Assembly: GCA_002256025.1 (NCBI GenBank)
Contig: NKIB01012566.1
Location: 1 to 64,000 of the forward strand
From: Asterionella formosa
Taxonomy: Eukaryota
Length of the DNA stretch: 64,000 bases
Direction: 5' to 3'
Shown here: piece by piece, positions 1 through 11,528 of the stretch
Layout: each line of letters starts with the position of its first letter
How positions within the stretch are numbered: the first letter of the stretch is position 1
Translations under genes and position numbers: made by a program
The notes under the pieces: model-generated
Told to the model about the DNA's origin: nothing
What the model saw: the letters and a program-made list of their open reading frames with translations, nothing else
Database searches by the model: none

Positions 1-1454
1 ATATGGGTTAGCCAGGTGCACAAACGATCCGCCGTGAAACAGTTTCCGAGCACAAAAAGCACAATGGCGATCATATTTTTGATGGTGGTTTCAAAGTCCG
101 TTACGGTTTTGGCAACAATCAACAGTTTCTTGTCCCCCAGGCGTTTCATAATTTGACTGTAGCGGTCGCCATCACCGGCGGCATCAATCGTTGCATTGGA
201 AATAATTTCGATATCGGACGACGAGACCATGCTGTTTGATTCTGCGAGTAGTTTGAATAGGCTGATGCGCGAGGGACCTTCAGTGGGGTCATAATTGAAT
301 TGTAACTGACTAATGCAAAGGGTTGTGAATGGGTCCAGACGTAGATCTTGACAGTTCAGAATAGACTGAAGGTATTCGGCCATGAATTGTTGGGCTGCAG
401 AGGTGTTCGAACTAAGCGATAGAAATGTGGCTAGGGATTGGATAGGTTCCGTGATGATGTCGTCGTCGTGTGCTGCCATCAAGCGTAGGATCTGGTCTTG
501 GAGGAACTTAGGTTGTTTTTCCCAGGACCTAGAGGAGGCCGAGTTTGTAGATGACCTAGCCTCTACTAAACGGTCTGTATTTGTTGCGAGGTTCGAGGCT
601 GCACTCACTAGGGCTGCGGTCACCTGCGCCATGCTTTCGTCACGTGTGTGGAGGGGGTCGATTTTGCTGGGAGGAACCTGTACACCGTCCGCCTGTAGAA
701 TCGTGGGTGAGATTATGTGAGTGCGGTGTAGCGTGGCACTCCATTCCATGATGTCGTGCGTCGTCGCGTAGGAGATTGGAAGGGATAATTGGTTTGGTAC
801 CATCGTCGCGGTATATAGAAAATGCAAAAAATACTCCGCTGATGTGTATACTTGTGTGCGAATCGCTTCTGTCTCGTCCTTGTTGCGATTGGGGATAAGA
901 TTTGCCTGTGCATCGGCGAATGTTTTGGCCGCGAGCCTGGCCAGGAAAAACAGTTCGGCAGGGTCATCGGTGGCGCTCATGGTCATCGCCTTGAATAAGA
1001 ACGGTGGCACTTGGACGAGGTGATTGATTTCCGTGGTCTTCACAGTGGTGGCGGTGAGGTGCAAAATACTGAGTTGGTCAGGCGTGGTTGCATTGTCGTG
1101 AAGTGCCTCGGGATTTGGGATGGTGGTTGTGATGGCGGCGAGAACCTGTTTAGCGTCGAAGACCACTGGTTGAGCGATTGATCCTAGTCCGAGCAGAGCG
1201 ACATAGGTTGTTTCTGAATGTTCCCAGCTGTTCCCTGTGAGAATGCTAAGGTGGTGGCAGAAATGGACTTTGTGGTCGAGAGGACCGATCATTGCGTGGA
1301 AACTGAAAAGGGTGTTGGTGAGGATGGTTTGGCGGGATTCTGGCGTGGTTGCTTGGTCTAGCGAAGTTGCGAAATGGTGGAACTCAGTCAAGAGTTTGTT
1401 GCGCGCAACTAGAGTATCTGTAAAATAGTTCTTCCAGGTGTTTGCGAGAATCAT
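1..1454 (-). CDS. Intact ORF of at least 484 codons running off the window edge; probable ORF1 (gag-like) of a retroelement, possibly tyrosine-recombinase (DIRS/Ngaro-like) type
   Basis: Hand translation from ATG 1454 (MILANTWKNYFTDTLVARNKLLTEF...KKLLIVAKTVTDFETTIKNMIAIVLFVLGNCFTADRLCTWLTH) has no stop down to base 1. It is absent from the ORF track because there is no stop in the window. Intronless and CpG-rich. The family assignment is recalled resemblance only. Confidence 0.55.
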   Translation of the reverse strand, partial: MILANTWKNYFTDTLVARNKLLTEFHHFATSLDQATTPESRQTILTNTLFSFHAMIGPLDHKVHFCHHLSILTGNSWEHSETTYVALLGLGSIAQPVVFDAKQVLAAITTTIPNPEALHDNATTPDQLSILHLTATTVKTTEINHLVQVPPFLFKAMTMSATDDPAELFFLARLAAKTFADAQANLIPNRNKDETEAIRTQVYTSAEYFLHFLYTATMVPNQLSLPISYATTHDIMEWSATLHRTHIISPTILQADGVQVPPSKIDPLHTRDESMAQVTAALVSAASNLATNTDRLVEARSSTNSASSRSWEKQPKFLQDQILRLMAAHDDDIITEPIQSLATFLSLSSNTSAAQQFMAEYLQSILNCQDLRLDPFTTLCISQLQFNYDPTEGPSRISLFKLLAESNSMVSSSDIEIISNATIDAAGDGDRYSQIMKRLGDKKLLIVAKTVTDFETTIKNMIAIVLFVLGNCFTADRLCTWLTH

Positions 1455-1849
1455 GTTGCTAGGGATGTTGTTTATTGATTTAGACTATAAATTGCGAAAG
1501 GCTTGGCGATGCTTTAGACTGCTTCTCTGAATCGTTATTCAAAGAATTGTGTGCTTCACCCCTGTACTACTACTTTCTTGTTTAACCTCGCGTGGTTGCT
1601 GTCTTCTTCCCTTGTTGTCTTAGCTGCCGATTCTTGGTCGTTCGATTCAACTCGAAAAGCTAGAACTTAATAGTCGCGTTGTCGCTATATTAATTTCTCA
1701 GCTTCGACTCCTTCGATTCGCATCGCGTGGTTTTTCTAGTGCGTCCGGTGCTCGTCTGGTATAACTCCATCGCGTCTGTCCTTGTCCGTAATATAAATTA
1801 CCCGTATTATACATAGACGCGTATCATGTACGAAATGGACTCACCGAAA

Positions 1850-1873
1850 AACCCTAACCCTACCTTAGCCTAA
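1850..1873. repeat. Telomere-like (CCCTAA)n remnant
   Basis: AACCCTAACCCTA-CCTTAG-CCTAA at the boundary of the CpG-rich segment upstream of the 1-1454 ORF. Confidence 0.55.
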
Positions 1874-2803
1874 ATGATTGTCCCCAATGCCCATCACTTT
1901 TGAGAGCCTAATTGCTGCTATTGATTTAACACATGACAAAGTGTTCAACGATGGCAGTTGGAGTCTGCTGCTGGACATAAACTGGTGGTTTTAGATGCAG
2001 TTGTTGAGAGTGCTTTCTAACATGGAAGCATGTCAATGGACAGGATCCCGGATGGTACTAATTGTACTAGTGCAAGATACCAAGAACTCTTAATGGATCA
2101 ATTGATGAAACATGCGACTGCTGGTTGTTTCCGTCTGTAAGTCCCCACCCCATTACTTACTATCACTTCAGCTCCTGTAGCTGGTACACTTGAATCAAAG
2201 TTCAATCGGATAGAAGGCATAGTCGTTGTTTGTCCAGCCAGCAGTTGTACAATCATTTAGTCATGCCTTAAATTGGACGATTCAACAAAAGAAGATGAAG
2301 GTATTTCTTCGAGTTAATTACCTTTTGGATGATTGACATCATGTACAGTATTTTAATTATTATTACATTTTCACAAAGTTTTGGGGTTATGAGTGTAGTA
2401 ATTTATGTTATAATAGCTACACATGATAAAATATTCTTTTAACTTCGAAGCGCGCCCACTCTTGGAGGTGGTGCCCGGAACCAGGTACCCTCATATTCAC
2501 AGCTGAGAATGCATATAACAGTTACATTGGCGGCTGATTATATCATTTAACCTAACACAAGCAGGGCTACAGTAGGGAACAGGTTAAAGTTCCTGCATTT
2601 GAACCCCTAGCTCGAGGTAGGGTTAATAAAATAATATTGAGTCAGACTAATCAAACACATACTTTTCACATACAAATTAAATATGTATAACGCTCAACGG
2701 AGCTTTCACCGATACACACCCTTTCCATATGCTTAAATACAGTCTTCGGACAAAGTAGGGGTGTAGGTCCACTCTATAAATCGTCAGGACATAGGATCTT
2801 GCC

Positions 2804-2918
2804 AGAAACTGCAGAAAGGAACTTCGGCTTTTGTACTATGCTAAAAAGACTGGAAAATTCCGGGGAAATCTGTTCATTTGGTATAGTAAAAAAACTGAAG
2901 TTCCTTTCTGCAGTTTCT
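2804..2918. repeat. Foldback inverted repeat
   Basis: AGAAACTGCAGAAAGGAACTTC (2804-2825) and GAAGTTCCTTTCTGCAGTTTCT (2897-2918) are a perfect 22-bp inverted pair that extends imperfectly inward. Confidence 0.85.
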
Positions 2919-3542
2919 TGCCGGAAGATATATACTGATGCTATTTTAAAGTTACCTTTGTATTGAAATTGCCTTCAGACCCAGCCGACATTGAGCTACT
3001 ATCGTCCGAAAATTCGACAAAATCGGCCTTTTCTACAGTCTCCAAAGAATCGGAATCAGGGAGATACGGGAAACTCCATACTTCCTCGCTACGTGGAAAA
3101 TTCCTCATGTGTATCGTGCACAGACCTCGCTTTTTTTAATATCTTGCAAAATTCTAGTCGCGCGTTCTTCTGCAAAGTTCGCGTACTTCTTGAAAAGTAC
3201 GCGCGACTACCATTTCGTCGAATCGAGTTTGAGCTCTGTACATATGCCCATACACGAATAGAAAAGGCAATGCCAGCTCAATAGATAAAACGTGAAAATT
3301 TCCATCTTTCGCAATTTCGCGTTGACAGCAACCTTTGGACCGTAATAAGTATTTAACAACTTACACAAGCAACAATACAAGTACGGAAGTATTTACTCGC
3401 TAAATAAAACTGAACAAATCCTTTGTCATAATGATTAACGTATCTTGCAAACTAAGTTCAAGCCGCGTGTTTACTCCATTTAGTGGTGGCTTACAGTTCA
3501 AAAGTCTTCATAGTGGCGGTGGCTTACAGTTTTTAACTGGTA

Positions 3543-4285
3543 CCAGTAAAAAACTGCATTGACCCACTGTTTTATCCCATTCGTTTGATTAATTTGACTA
3601 ACACTTAGCTCACCTCTCTCTAAGGTCTGTTCGGAAGTATTGATGGCATAAGGCGTCGGTACATTAGCATCCTTTTCCTAGTTAAATTGAACATCTGGCT
3701 GGTTCAGAAGATATTTATATACATCTAGACAAAAAATTCAGTCTCAGTGGGTCAATGCAGTATATGAAATTTTTAACATACCTGAAAGTAATTTCACATT
3801 CGTTGGTGAACACGGACCATCCTGTTTGGTTCAAAGCGAAAAGACATAACATGCATGATGCTCCATACATGATACCTTTATATTGTATCGGTACCTGGTA
3901 ATGGTACCATGCACGGCTGCGCCGGGTTTCATCAATTTCTATTTACAGAATTATTATTGACAGGTTATGGATAAGACATAAAATGCGAGAAATTTATATG
4001 CATCGTGGTACACAATGTAAGATGAGAACTCCAAACTTGGGATAATCCGTGATTTTCACTTTTTTTCTCGATCGCCACTTTTGATGACCTAAATTAACGA
4101 AAGATCGATGTCAAATCGGTTGAGAACTAACAGTATGACTCCATCCGGCATATGCTCAAGATACATTCTGGAGCTTAAGAAAGAGAAAATGAATGATTTT
4201 TCATAACAAAACGTGTTTTTTATACCGTCAGTGGGTCAATGCAGTTCGAAATTTTTCCCAGAGGGTCAATGCAGTTTTTTACTGG
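3543..4285. mobile_element. MITE family A copy 1 (Tc1/mariner-type, TA TSD)
   Basis: Perfect 23-bp TIR CCAGTAAAAAACTGCATTGACCC, flanked by TA on both sides. Internal sequence is collinear with 10636-11528. Confidence 0.92.
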
Positions 4286-4641
4286 TACCATAGTGTACGC
4301 TTGCTAGTACATTACTACCGGTAGTATAGTATGCACACATTCAGATATTTTTCGGAGGGCCGCCGGGTCGTGTATTTGAAACATGTGTGTTGATGCGAGT
4401 AGGTATACTATCCGTAGAGTAGCTATATATACATATAGGGATGGAATCTATTTATACATATTTAATGCATTTGAAAAGGAATCTATATATGTACGCGCAA
4501 ATTTCCACTCATTGGAATATTTCAAACGGAATCATTGATATTCAAAATTAGTACAACAAAGTTCTTAGTTCCAGGGAGTTTTGGCAACCCTAAGCAATAT
4601 TTTAATTTTTGCCTATTGGGGTTCAAATGCAGGAACCTTAA

Positions 4642-7600
4642 GGTTGCGGCCGCGGCGTATCCCTAGTTTGAAGAAAAAATCGCTAGGGTTGTAAAATTGA
4701 TGAGGAACAGAGAATTTGTTTCTGTGTATTACCATGATGCAAGTACCTGTTTGAATTTTTAAACTGAGTTGAAAATGGCACCACATTGACAGAGTTCCTT
4801 TTCAAAAGGAATGAAGACGTTTATGTTATATCTACATTGCTCAATTTAGATATAATTTTACTCCCCAACAGAACACATGTATAGACTCTACTTATATAAG
4901 AAGAGTACACTGGTTTCCAACCAGTATCTAAAAGGTTTAAACATAGTAGTACCAAATGACTGTTAGTCATCTATTGATTTTATTAGTTTGCTTATATTTG
5001 AACTTGTCATTGTCATCGCATTACTGAATATATTCTCAGCCTTTATTATTTATAAGTTTCTGGTCAAGACATTCTGTGGTTCACTTGGGAAAGGCATCCG
5101 CATGGTACTTCCAGATTGTTATCTGAAAGGGGCTCGGTCGCTTCTTAAGAATAAGGATCCTAAAGAAAAGTACACTGGATATCAACCAGTGTCTAAAAGG
5201 ATTAAACAAAGTAGCAAATGAATGTTTGTCATCTATTAATTTTATTAGTTTACATTTGAAGTCGTAATTACATTTTTGAAAATATTCTATCATGTTCAAT
5301 CTTATCAATGAATATTTCGAATATTTAAACATAGCAATCATAGGTAATGAACAATTAAAAACCTCATTAATTTATGACATTATTACTACATTTCAAACAA
5401 AAGACAATGACGAGATCAGGTAACCGAACTCGTCTCCTTGCCTCAATTATAAATGGCGGCAAAGGACGCCGCAGTCGAAATGAAACTGACGAAACAAATT
5501 GGTTTGACGAATCAGAAACCCTGGCTGATACAACAGAAGTCAGACCTCCACTAACGACACTAAATGGACGTCGTTTACTGTCAATAGAATCTTTGCAGCA
5601 GTTTGTACAAACCGATATTAGCTGTAGTAAATGCAATGAAAAGTTAAATGCAATGAAAAGTTAAGATCGCAATCGTATACAAATGGTTACAAACAAGGAA
5701 TAGCAGATTTACAAACATACCTCTGCAAAGAATCTAATACCAAAAAATCATTCAAATATAAATGCAATGCATTCCTTGAAATTTACGAGTCCATTGAAAT
5801 CGTTTATGGTCAACCTCCTTCACAGAACTCACGGCTGATTATTGAAGACTATGTCAGTCCATTTCTCGGCATTGCAAGTCGAATTTCAATTACCTGTAAA
5901 CTTTGTGATTCAAGAAAGTATATTGAACCTGTAATTTGCAAAAACAAAAAAGGAATTCATGAGAAAGGCAATCAAATGGGACACTTTGCAATCAACAACA
6001 TGTTTGTTCTTGGTTGTCACAAAGCAGGAATGGGTCCGGTTGATGCTGATATAATATGCTCATCCCTTTCTTTACCTTTGCAGAGTGGTTACTGGAGTAG
6101 TAAGGGAAGGTTCAATCAACTGGAGCAATCAATAGGCGAAGCTGAAATCCCGGAGAACACGCCAAGACTTACTGTAAGTTTTGATATGGGCTAGCAGCAG
6201 CGCTCCAATGGTAATAAATATAATTCGAATAGAGGGAATGCTTTTTGTATTGGGGGCTATTCAAAAAAGATACTGTACTACTGCGTAAAATCTAAGGTAT
6301 GCAACACTTGTGACTATGCTGCCCAGCGGTTTACGTCAGCCGAGCCTCATGACTGCCCTAAGAATCACCAATTGGGTACTTCCAAGTCAATGGAACCTGA
6401 TGCCAGGGTTAAAATGGTGATCAAGGCAGTGAATAACTATCAAGTCTTCTACACTACTACCATGATCTGTGATGACGATTCCACTATAAAAGCTAACTGC
6501 AAATGGTCTTATAAGGATTTACAACTTCAAAATCCGTTGTTTGAATGGCCAAAAATAACAATGGCGCAAAAAAGGCAAACCATGGATGCCTCCAAGTTTG
6601 CGGCAGTTTGGAGAAAATATCGCTAGGGTTGTAAAAACGGCGTGGAACAGGGAGTTTCCTACTGGAATTCCCATCATTCGAGTGTCCATTTAAATACCGG
6701 TATTTGTATTAAATAGGAATCGGCGCCAGATCGACAGAGTTCTATTTCAAACAAACATAATGATTTTAAACGTTGATACTATATCTTCATTGCTGTATGT
6801 AGACATGATTTTGCTCAATGCCAAAACACATTTATAAATCAGGGGTATGCCAACATGTATGCTCATGCTGGTTCCTTTTTATGCGTTGTATTGAATCTAC
6901 GCTGATGTATGTTGGTTGAATAAAGATCAGCGCGGTACCAGGTACCGAAGTACCAGAGCACCGGTAGTACATATTCTCGGTTCATGACAATGGAAGACAG
7001 GATGAAACTAGTACCGGTGTACCGGTACTGATTTTACCTGCTTGTATGGTACATGTAATACGTGTGGATCAAGTGTGGCCGGCGTGATTTTACAAGACCG
7101 GAATACTTCAGCCAATCTGGAGCAGCTAAGTAAATTCAATTCAACCAATCAGAATATGTGTAGTGACGCGGCAAAGTACCCTAGAGTCTTTTCGGACTGA
7201 GAGTTAAGCAGCAAAACATACCTACACAAGACTCTAAGTCTACGAGAACGTTTTGCACATACAAATTCCGATTCCAATATTTTGGCGACTGTTGAAAAAG
7301 CCGATCGGGTCGACTTTTTGGAGGAGGATTGCTCTACATCAGCGGGGTTTCATCAAAATAAAAGTAGATAGCCGTGTACCCTGTAACGTCAGGAGTTTAA
7401 CTTCTGGAGAGAAACTTAAAATAAGTTACGGTATGTATCGTAGATTTTTAGAAAAGCTTCGTAACCCCTTTTTTGACTATTTTTGTGATAGTTACGAATC
7501 TACTATTCATAACTGCAGTTTCTTTCCAGAAATGAGGTCCTTAGCATATCCGAAGATAGAACATACCCTAAGTCGACCCATGACTGTATCTAAGCATGTG

Positions 7601-7737
7601 CAAAGTGGTCGTATTGGTGAAAGCTAATTTTACCTTTAACTATTTTACTTTATTGTACGTAATGTGTGGATTAAGGTACATCATATAATAATTTTGGGGA
7701 AAAACGGACCTCGCAAAGGGTAATACTGTATGCCACC
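4642..7737 (+). mobile_element. Decayed Kolobok element or composite of related elements
   Basis: Begins GG directly after TTAA and contains the transposase remnant. The left-end sequence recurs at 6596-6840. Segment 7260-7730 is an inverted homolog of 2600-3060 (e.g. AGCTTTCACC-ATAC...ATGCTTA-ATACAGTC). The right boundary is approximate. Confidence 0.65.
5407..6595 (+). pseudogene. Kolobok-type (Mutator-like) DDE transposase with stops, frameshifts and a 3' truncation
   Basis: Motifs LTVSFDMG*QQR...YNSNRG..FCIGGYSKKIL...KVCNTC...HDCPKN..GTSKSME...ICDDDSTIKA across ORFs 5374, 5976 and 6372. TAG at 6192 replaces the usual Trp. Confidence 0.85.
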
Positions 7738-7933
7738 TTCTAAAATGTATTATATTACCAGTATGCATCTACATCAAGTCGCATACCGGTAGTATCTTAA
7801 TTTATCAAATAGAAAGGAAACCAATTGGAAAAAGTACCGGTACCAGTGTACCCAAACTGAAAAATGCTGCATCAAAAAAGTGACAAATTGTTCAAATTTT
7901 TACGAGATTTTCCAAGAACACACAGTAAGAAAT

Positions 7934-10469
7934 TCAGTTGCCGAGAAAAACACGACAAACGCAGCCCTGAGAGTTGAGCTCAACGGCAATAAAGTTTTCA
8001 TCGGCCATCATAAGGTTAATATCGTCCGACTTTGCTTTGCTTCCACCAACAAGTCCTTTACCAAGTTGGTTTGGACGTCCACTGGCGATAGCATAGTGTA
8101 CAATTTTCGTCTTCTTTTTAGATGCGAAAGTCTTCGCATCGCGAATTGCAGCCTGATCTGAATCAATGTCAATCTGTCCTTCTCCTGAAAGGCACTTTTT
8201 AGCCGAAATAGCCCCGTCAGTTGACTCTTCCATAGCAGTCAAGAAGTCCAAACAAATGCGCCTACGCTTTCTCCACTGAGTAGTCATGGTTTCGATGCGA
8301 CGCTTCACCTGCTTTTTGTGCTTTTCGTTCACCTTAAGCGCCCTTGCGTCCTCAAGATTCTCACGGAGCGCTTTCATGCCCATCTCCTGATCTTCGAGGA
8401 TGGCATTAGCTTCCTCGTTCACAGGCTCTGCCAACAGATGTGTGGACTGGGTCACCATGCCGGAAAGAATTTGTCTGAGATCTGATTCGTCTATTTCTGA
8501 TTTGGACTTCTCAGTGAATAATTCATTTCGAGAATGATGGTCAAGGCCATTACCATTGTTTATGAGTTTGCACTGAGATACGTAATAGAGGGAGGTATTG
8601 ACATTGCGTCCACACTTGAACAACAGCGATCCAGCAAATCGATCCTGTTCATTCTTCCCAGCACCTTTAGCCTTCGACGTTTTCGGGCACTCATCCTCGT
8701 CATCGCTAACTTCGAAAAGATGAGCATCGTCATCTTGGTTGTCTACCATCTCAGCGAGACAGGACTTTAGCACTGGAGAGGGAACGATAGCCTTGAGCTC
8801 CTGTGAACAGAAAGCGCGCGAAATTGCGTTAATTTGAAAGCATAAAAGTGTAGAAAGAGATCGTCACTCAACTTACGGTGTGAATCTGAGTAATATTCAT
8901 AGGACGGAAGGAGTCATGAATCATATCGAAAATGAGTGCCTTGGCAGCAGGCTTGCTCACAACTATACGAGCACTTGCACCTCCTACAGCCTCCGCAGCC
9001 TCCTGCCACTTTCGATGCATCGCCATGGCCGATTTGCTTGGTTGAGTCGGACATAGTGCGATCAACTTTGCAATAGTGACACTGACTGTTGCCGTGTCAG
9101 TAGCAGCTCCTGTGTCCTGATCAGAAGCGGAAAATGGAAAATTTGGAGTTGGAGTAATGGTGTTAGTGATCATGGCAGAACCTGAAGCAGCCATAGTGTT
9201 GGGCGAGCATATGTTCCAAAGATCAGGAAATCGTGGCTTTGATTGCTTTGTACATTTCTGAGTCATGATTCGCTTGTGCTCAGCACTCGCATACTTCAAT
9301 GGGAGCTCATCGTAAGGCGGCCAGCCATCAAAGTCAGCATCCTGACAATCCATGCAAGAAAACCATTTTTCTGATGGAGCCCAGTTTGATTTCCAGATTG
9401 AACAGGCGGCAAGTGCACAGTTTTTTGACGAGCACTTGATGGTCCCTTCTTGATCAAGTCGACTCAAAGTGAGAATTTGGACCAGCTCCCACACTTCTAC
9501 GGATCCTTTTCCATTGTTGCATTCAACTTTAGTAATACCGATATTGGCGTCCAAACTATCCCCGATAGAAATCTTGTTTGTATCAGTTGAACTTTCAATA
9601 TTGCTAAATTCAACAGATTTTCCGGATCGATCTTTTGAAGCACTTTCATCTCCTTTTTCAACAATTCCTAAGGATGAAAGGCTCGCATCACTGGGAGTGG
9701 CAGTGGAGTCGGTGTCATGGCGTGTCTCCGATTCGTGCATTGTAGTTGCATCTTCACTGTACCACTTCTTCTCTAGAGAATCAATCTTCTCCCCGTCGTT
9801 GCTTTCGGTTGATTCGCCATTTCCTACGAATGGAAGGCTAGCGCTGCTATTGGTAGTGGAATTGGCGCCATGGTCTGAATTTGATTCTTGGATCGTGGCG
9901 ACATCGTCACTATGCCACTTGCTATCGACAGAATCACAATTTTCTCCGTCCTTGTCGTCTGATTCACAATTAAGTACGAATGGAAGGCTCTTCGCGTCAT
10001 TGATAGTGGAATTGGCGCTGTGGTCTGAATCTGATTTTTTGATCGTGGCGCCATCTTCACCACACGATTTGCATTCTACAGAATTAAGTTTGTCCTTTTC
10101 CTCCTTTTCGGTTGATTCTTCCTTGCTATCAAGCGAAATGAATGACATAACAGCATCCTGATCCTGGGTTTCGGGCGGAAAAGCTTCGTCTTGGCATAAC
10201 CTACACATCGCCCAGAAGTCGTCAGGTTCAACACTGGAAGACCAAACTGCGATTGCCAGTTTCTTGCAGCCGTCGTTGCGGCAAGTCAACTTCTCTGCTT
10301 CATCAGTTTTACGAACGCAGTCCCATTTATCTTCGATTGCATCACGTGCATCATGTATATCAGTTTGAACAGTCTTGGCGGCACGTTCTTCATTCCTTGC
10401 ACTTACCCTTTTGTTGCTCTGCTCTAAAGGCAATTTGGCACTCTTCGTCTTCGAAAATTTCTTTGCCAT
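7934..10469 (-). CDS. HOP2: HOP2/TBPIP-like homologous-pairing protein with long N-terminal extension; join(8877..10469, 7934..8800), about 819 aa
   Basis: Intron 8801-8876 (GTAAGT...CACAG) joins the two ORFs in frame. Winged-helix-like AKALIFDMIHDSFRPMNITQIHT/ELK, a coiled coil, then WRKRRRICLDFL at the C-terminus, as in Hop2. Confidence 0.75.
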
Positions 10470-10635
10470 AGTAAATGCAGTGTACAGTTTGGATAGAATG
10501 AGCGGAGCAACAAGAGGTTGATTTATTTCAACGTGAATGTCGAAATAAGAATTTTGAAACTGCTGAACGTTTCAAATTCTTCAAAAAAGTGAGCCAAAAT
10601 CAAGCAGGTCTGATGGTACAGGTGGTCCCTGGTTA

Positions 10636-11528
10636 CCAGGAAAAAACTGCGTTGTTCTACTGCTTTATCCCATTCGTTTGATTAACTCGACTGACACTAA
10701 GCTCGCCTCGCTCTGAAATTTGTTCGGAAGTATTTATGTCAAATGGGGTACTAATTATTAGCATCCTGTTACTAGTAAAATTCAACATCTGGTTCTGAAG
10801 ATATTTATATTCATCTTGACGTAAAATTCAGTCTCAGCGTTTCAGCGCAGTATATGAAATTTTAACATACCGGTACCTGAGAGTAATTTTATATTCGTTG
10901 GCGAACACGGATTATCCTGTTTCGTTCAAGGCGGAAAAGACATAAAATGCATGTTTCTCTGTACATAACGGTGTATATTAAGCCGGTGCCAGTACAATTC
11001 CTGGTACCTGGTACTATAGATGTGTCAGTTTTGTGCCCATGGGTATAGGTATCAGGTACCACCAGCAAGTTGCGGTAATTTTGCTAGAACTAAAGATTTA
11101 GCTGTCTCTATCCAAGATCAAAATGTTTGTTTAAGCAAAATGACCGCAACTTGCAGGTACTTGTAATGGTCTGCCTACATAGATACCGGTATTACAAGGC
11201 CGCACCGCGTTTCATCAATTTTTATTTACAGAATTATTAGTGACAAGGTTACGGATAAGACATAAAATGCGAGAAATTTAAACTCATTGTTGTACACAAT
11301 ATAAGATGAGAACTCCAAACTTGGGATAATCCGTGCTTTTCACACTTTTGACATACCGGTAAATAAACGAAAGATCGACATCCAATTGATAGAGAACTAC
11401 CAATAACAGTATGACTCCATCTGGTATATGCTCAAGATATAATCTGGAGCTTCACGTGTTTTTTATACTGTCAGTGGGTCAATCCAGTTCGAAAATTTTC
11501 CCAGTGGGTCAATACAGTTTTTTTCTGG
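10636..11528. mobile_element. MITE family A copy 2 with nested mini-MITE
   Basis: TA|CCAGGAAAAAACTG...CAGTTTTTTTCTGG|TA. Long blocks are shared with 3543-4285 (e.g. TTTATCCCATTCGTTTGATTAA, GATGAGAACTCCAAACTTGGGATAATCCGTG). Confidence 0.9.
11062..11157. mobile_element. Mini-MITE family C (96 bp)
   Basis: TIR CCAGCAAGTTGCGGTAATTTTGCT / AGCAAAATGACCGCAACTTGCAGG. A homologous copy lies at 52887-52986. Confidence 0.85.

Larger units (their letters stand above)
2588..4637. mobile_element. Non-autonomous Kolobok-like DNA transposon carrying nested MITEs
   Basis: TIRs AGTTCCTGCATTTGAACCCC (2588-2607) and GGGGTTCAAATGCAGGAACC (4618-4637) match 19/20. TTAA flanks both sides (2584-2587, 4638-4641). 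RR...YY termini with a TTAA TSD are typical of Kolobok. Confidence 0.8.

Noticed and set aside
7700..7730. piggyBac-like end (AAAGGG-TAA)
   Set aside because: No TTAA and no partner TIR. Better explained as part of the Kolobok-related terminus.
9469..10161. 230-aa plus-strand ORF, and similar ORFs at 382-720 and 61676-62254
   Set aside because: Antisense shadows of real coding regions with no motifs of their own.
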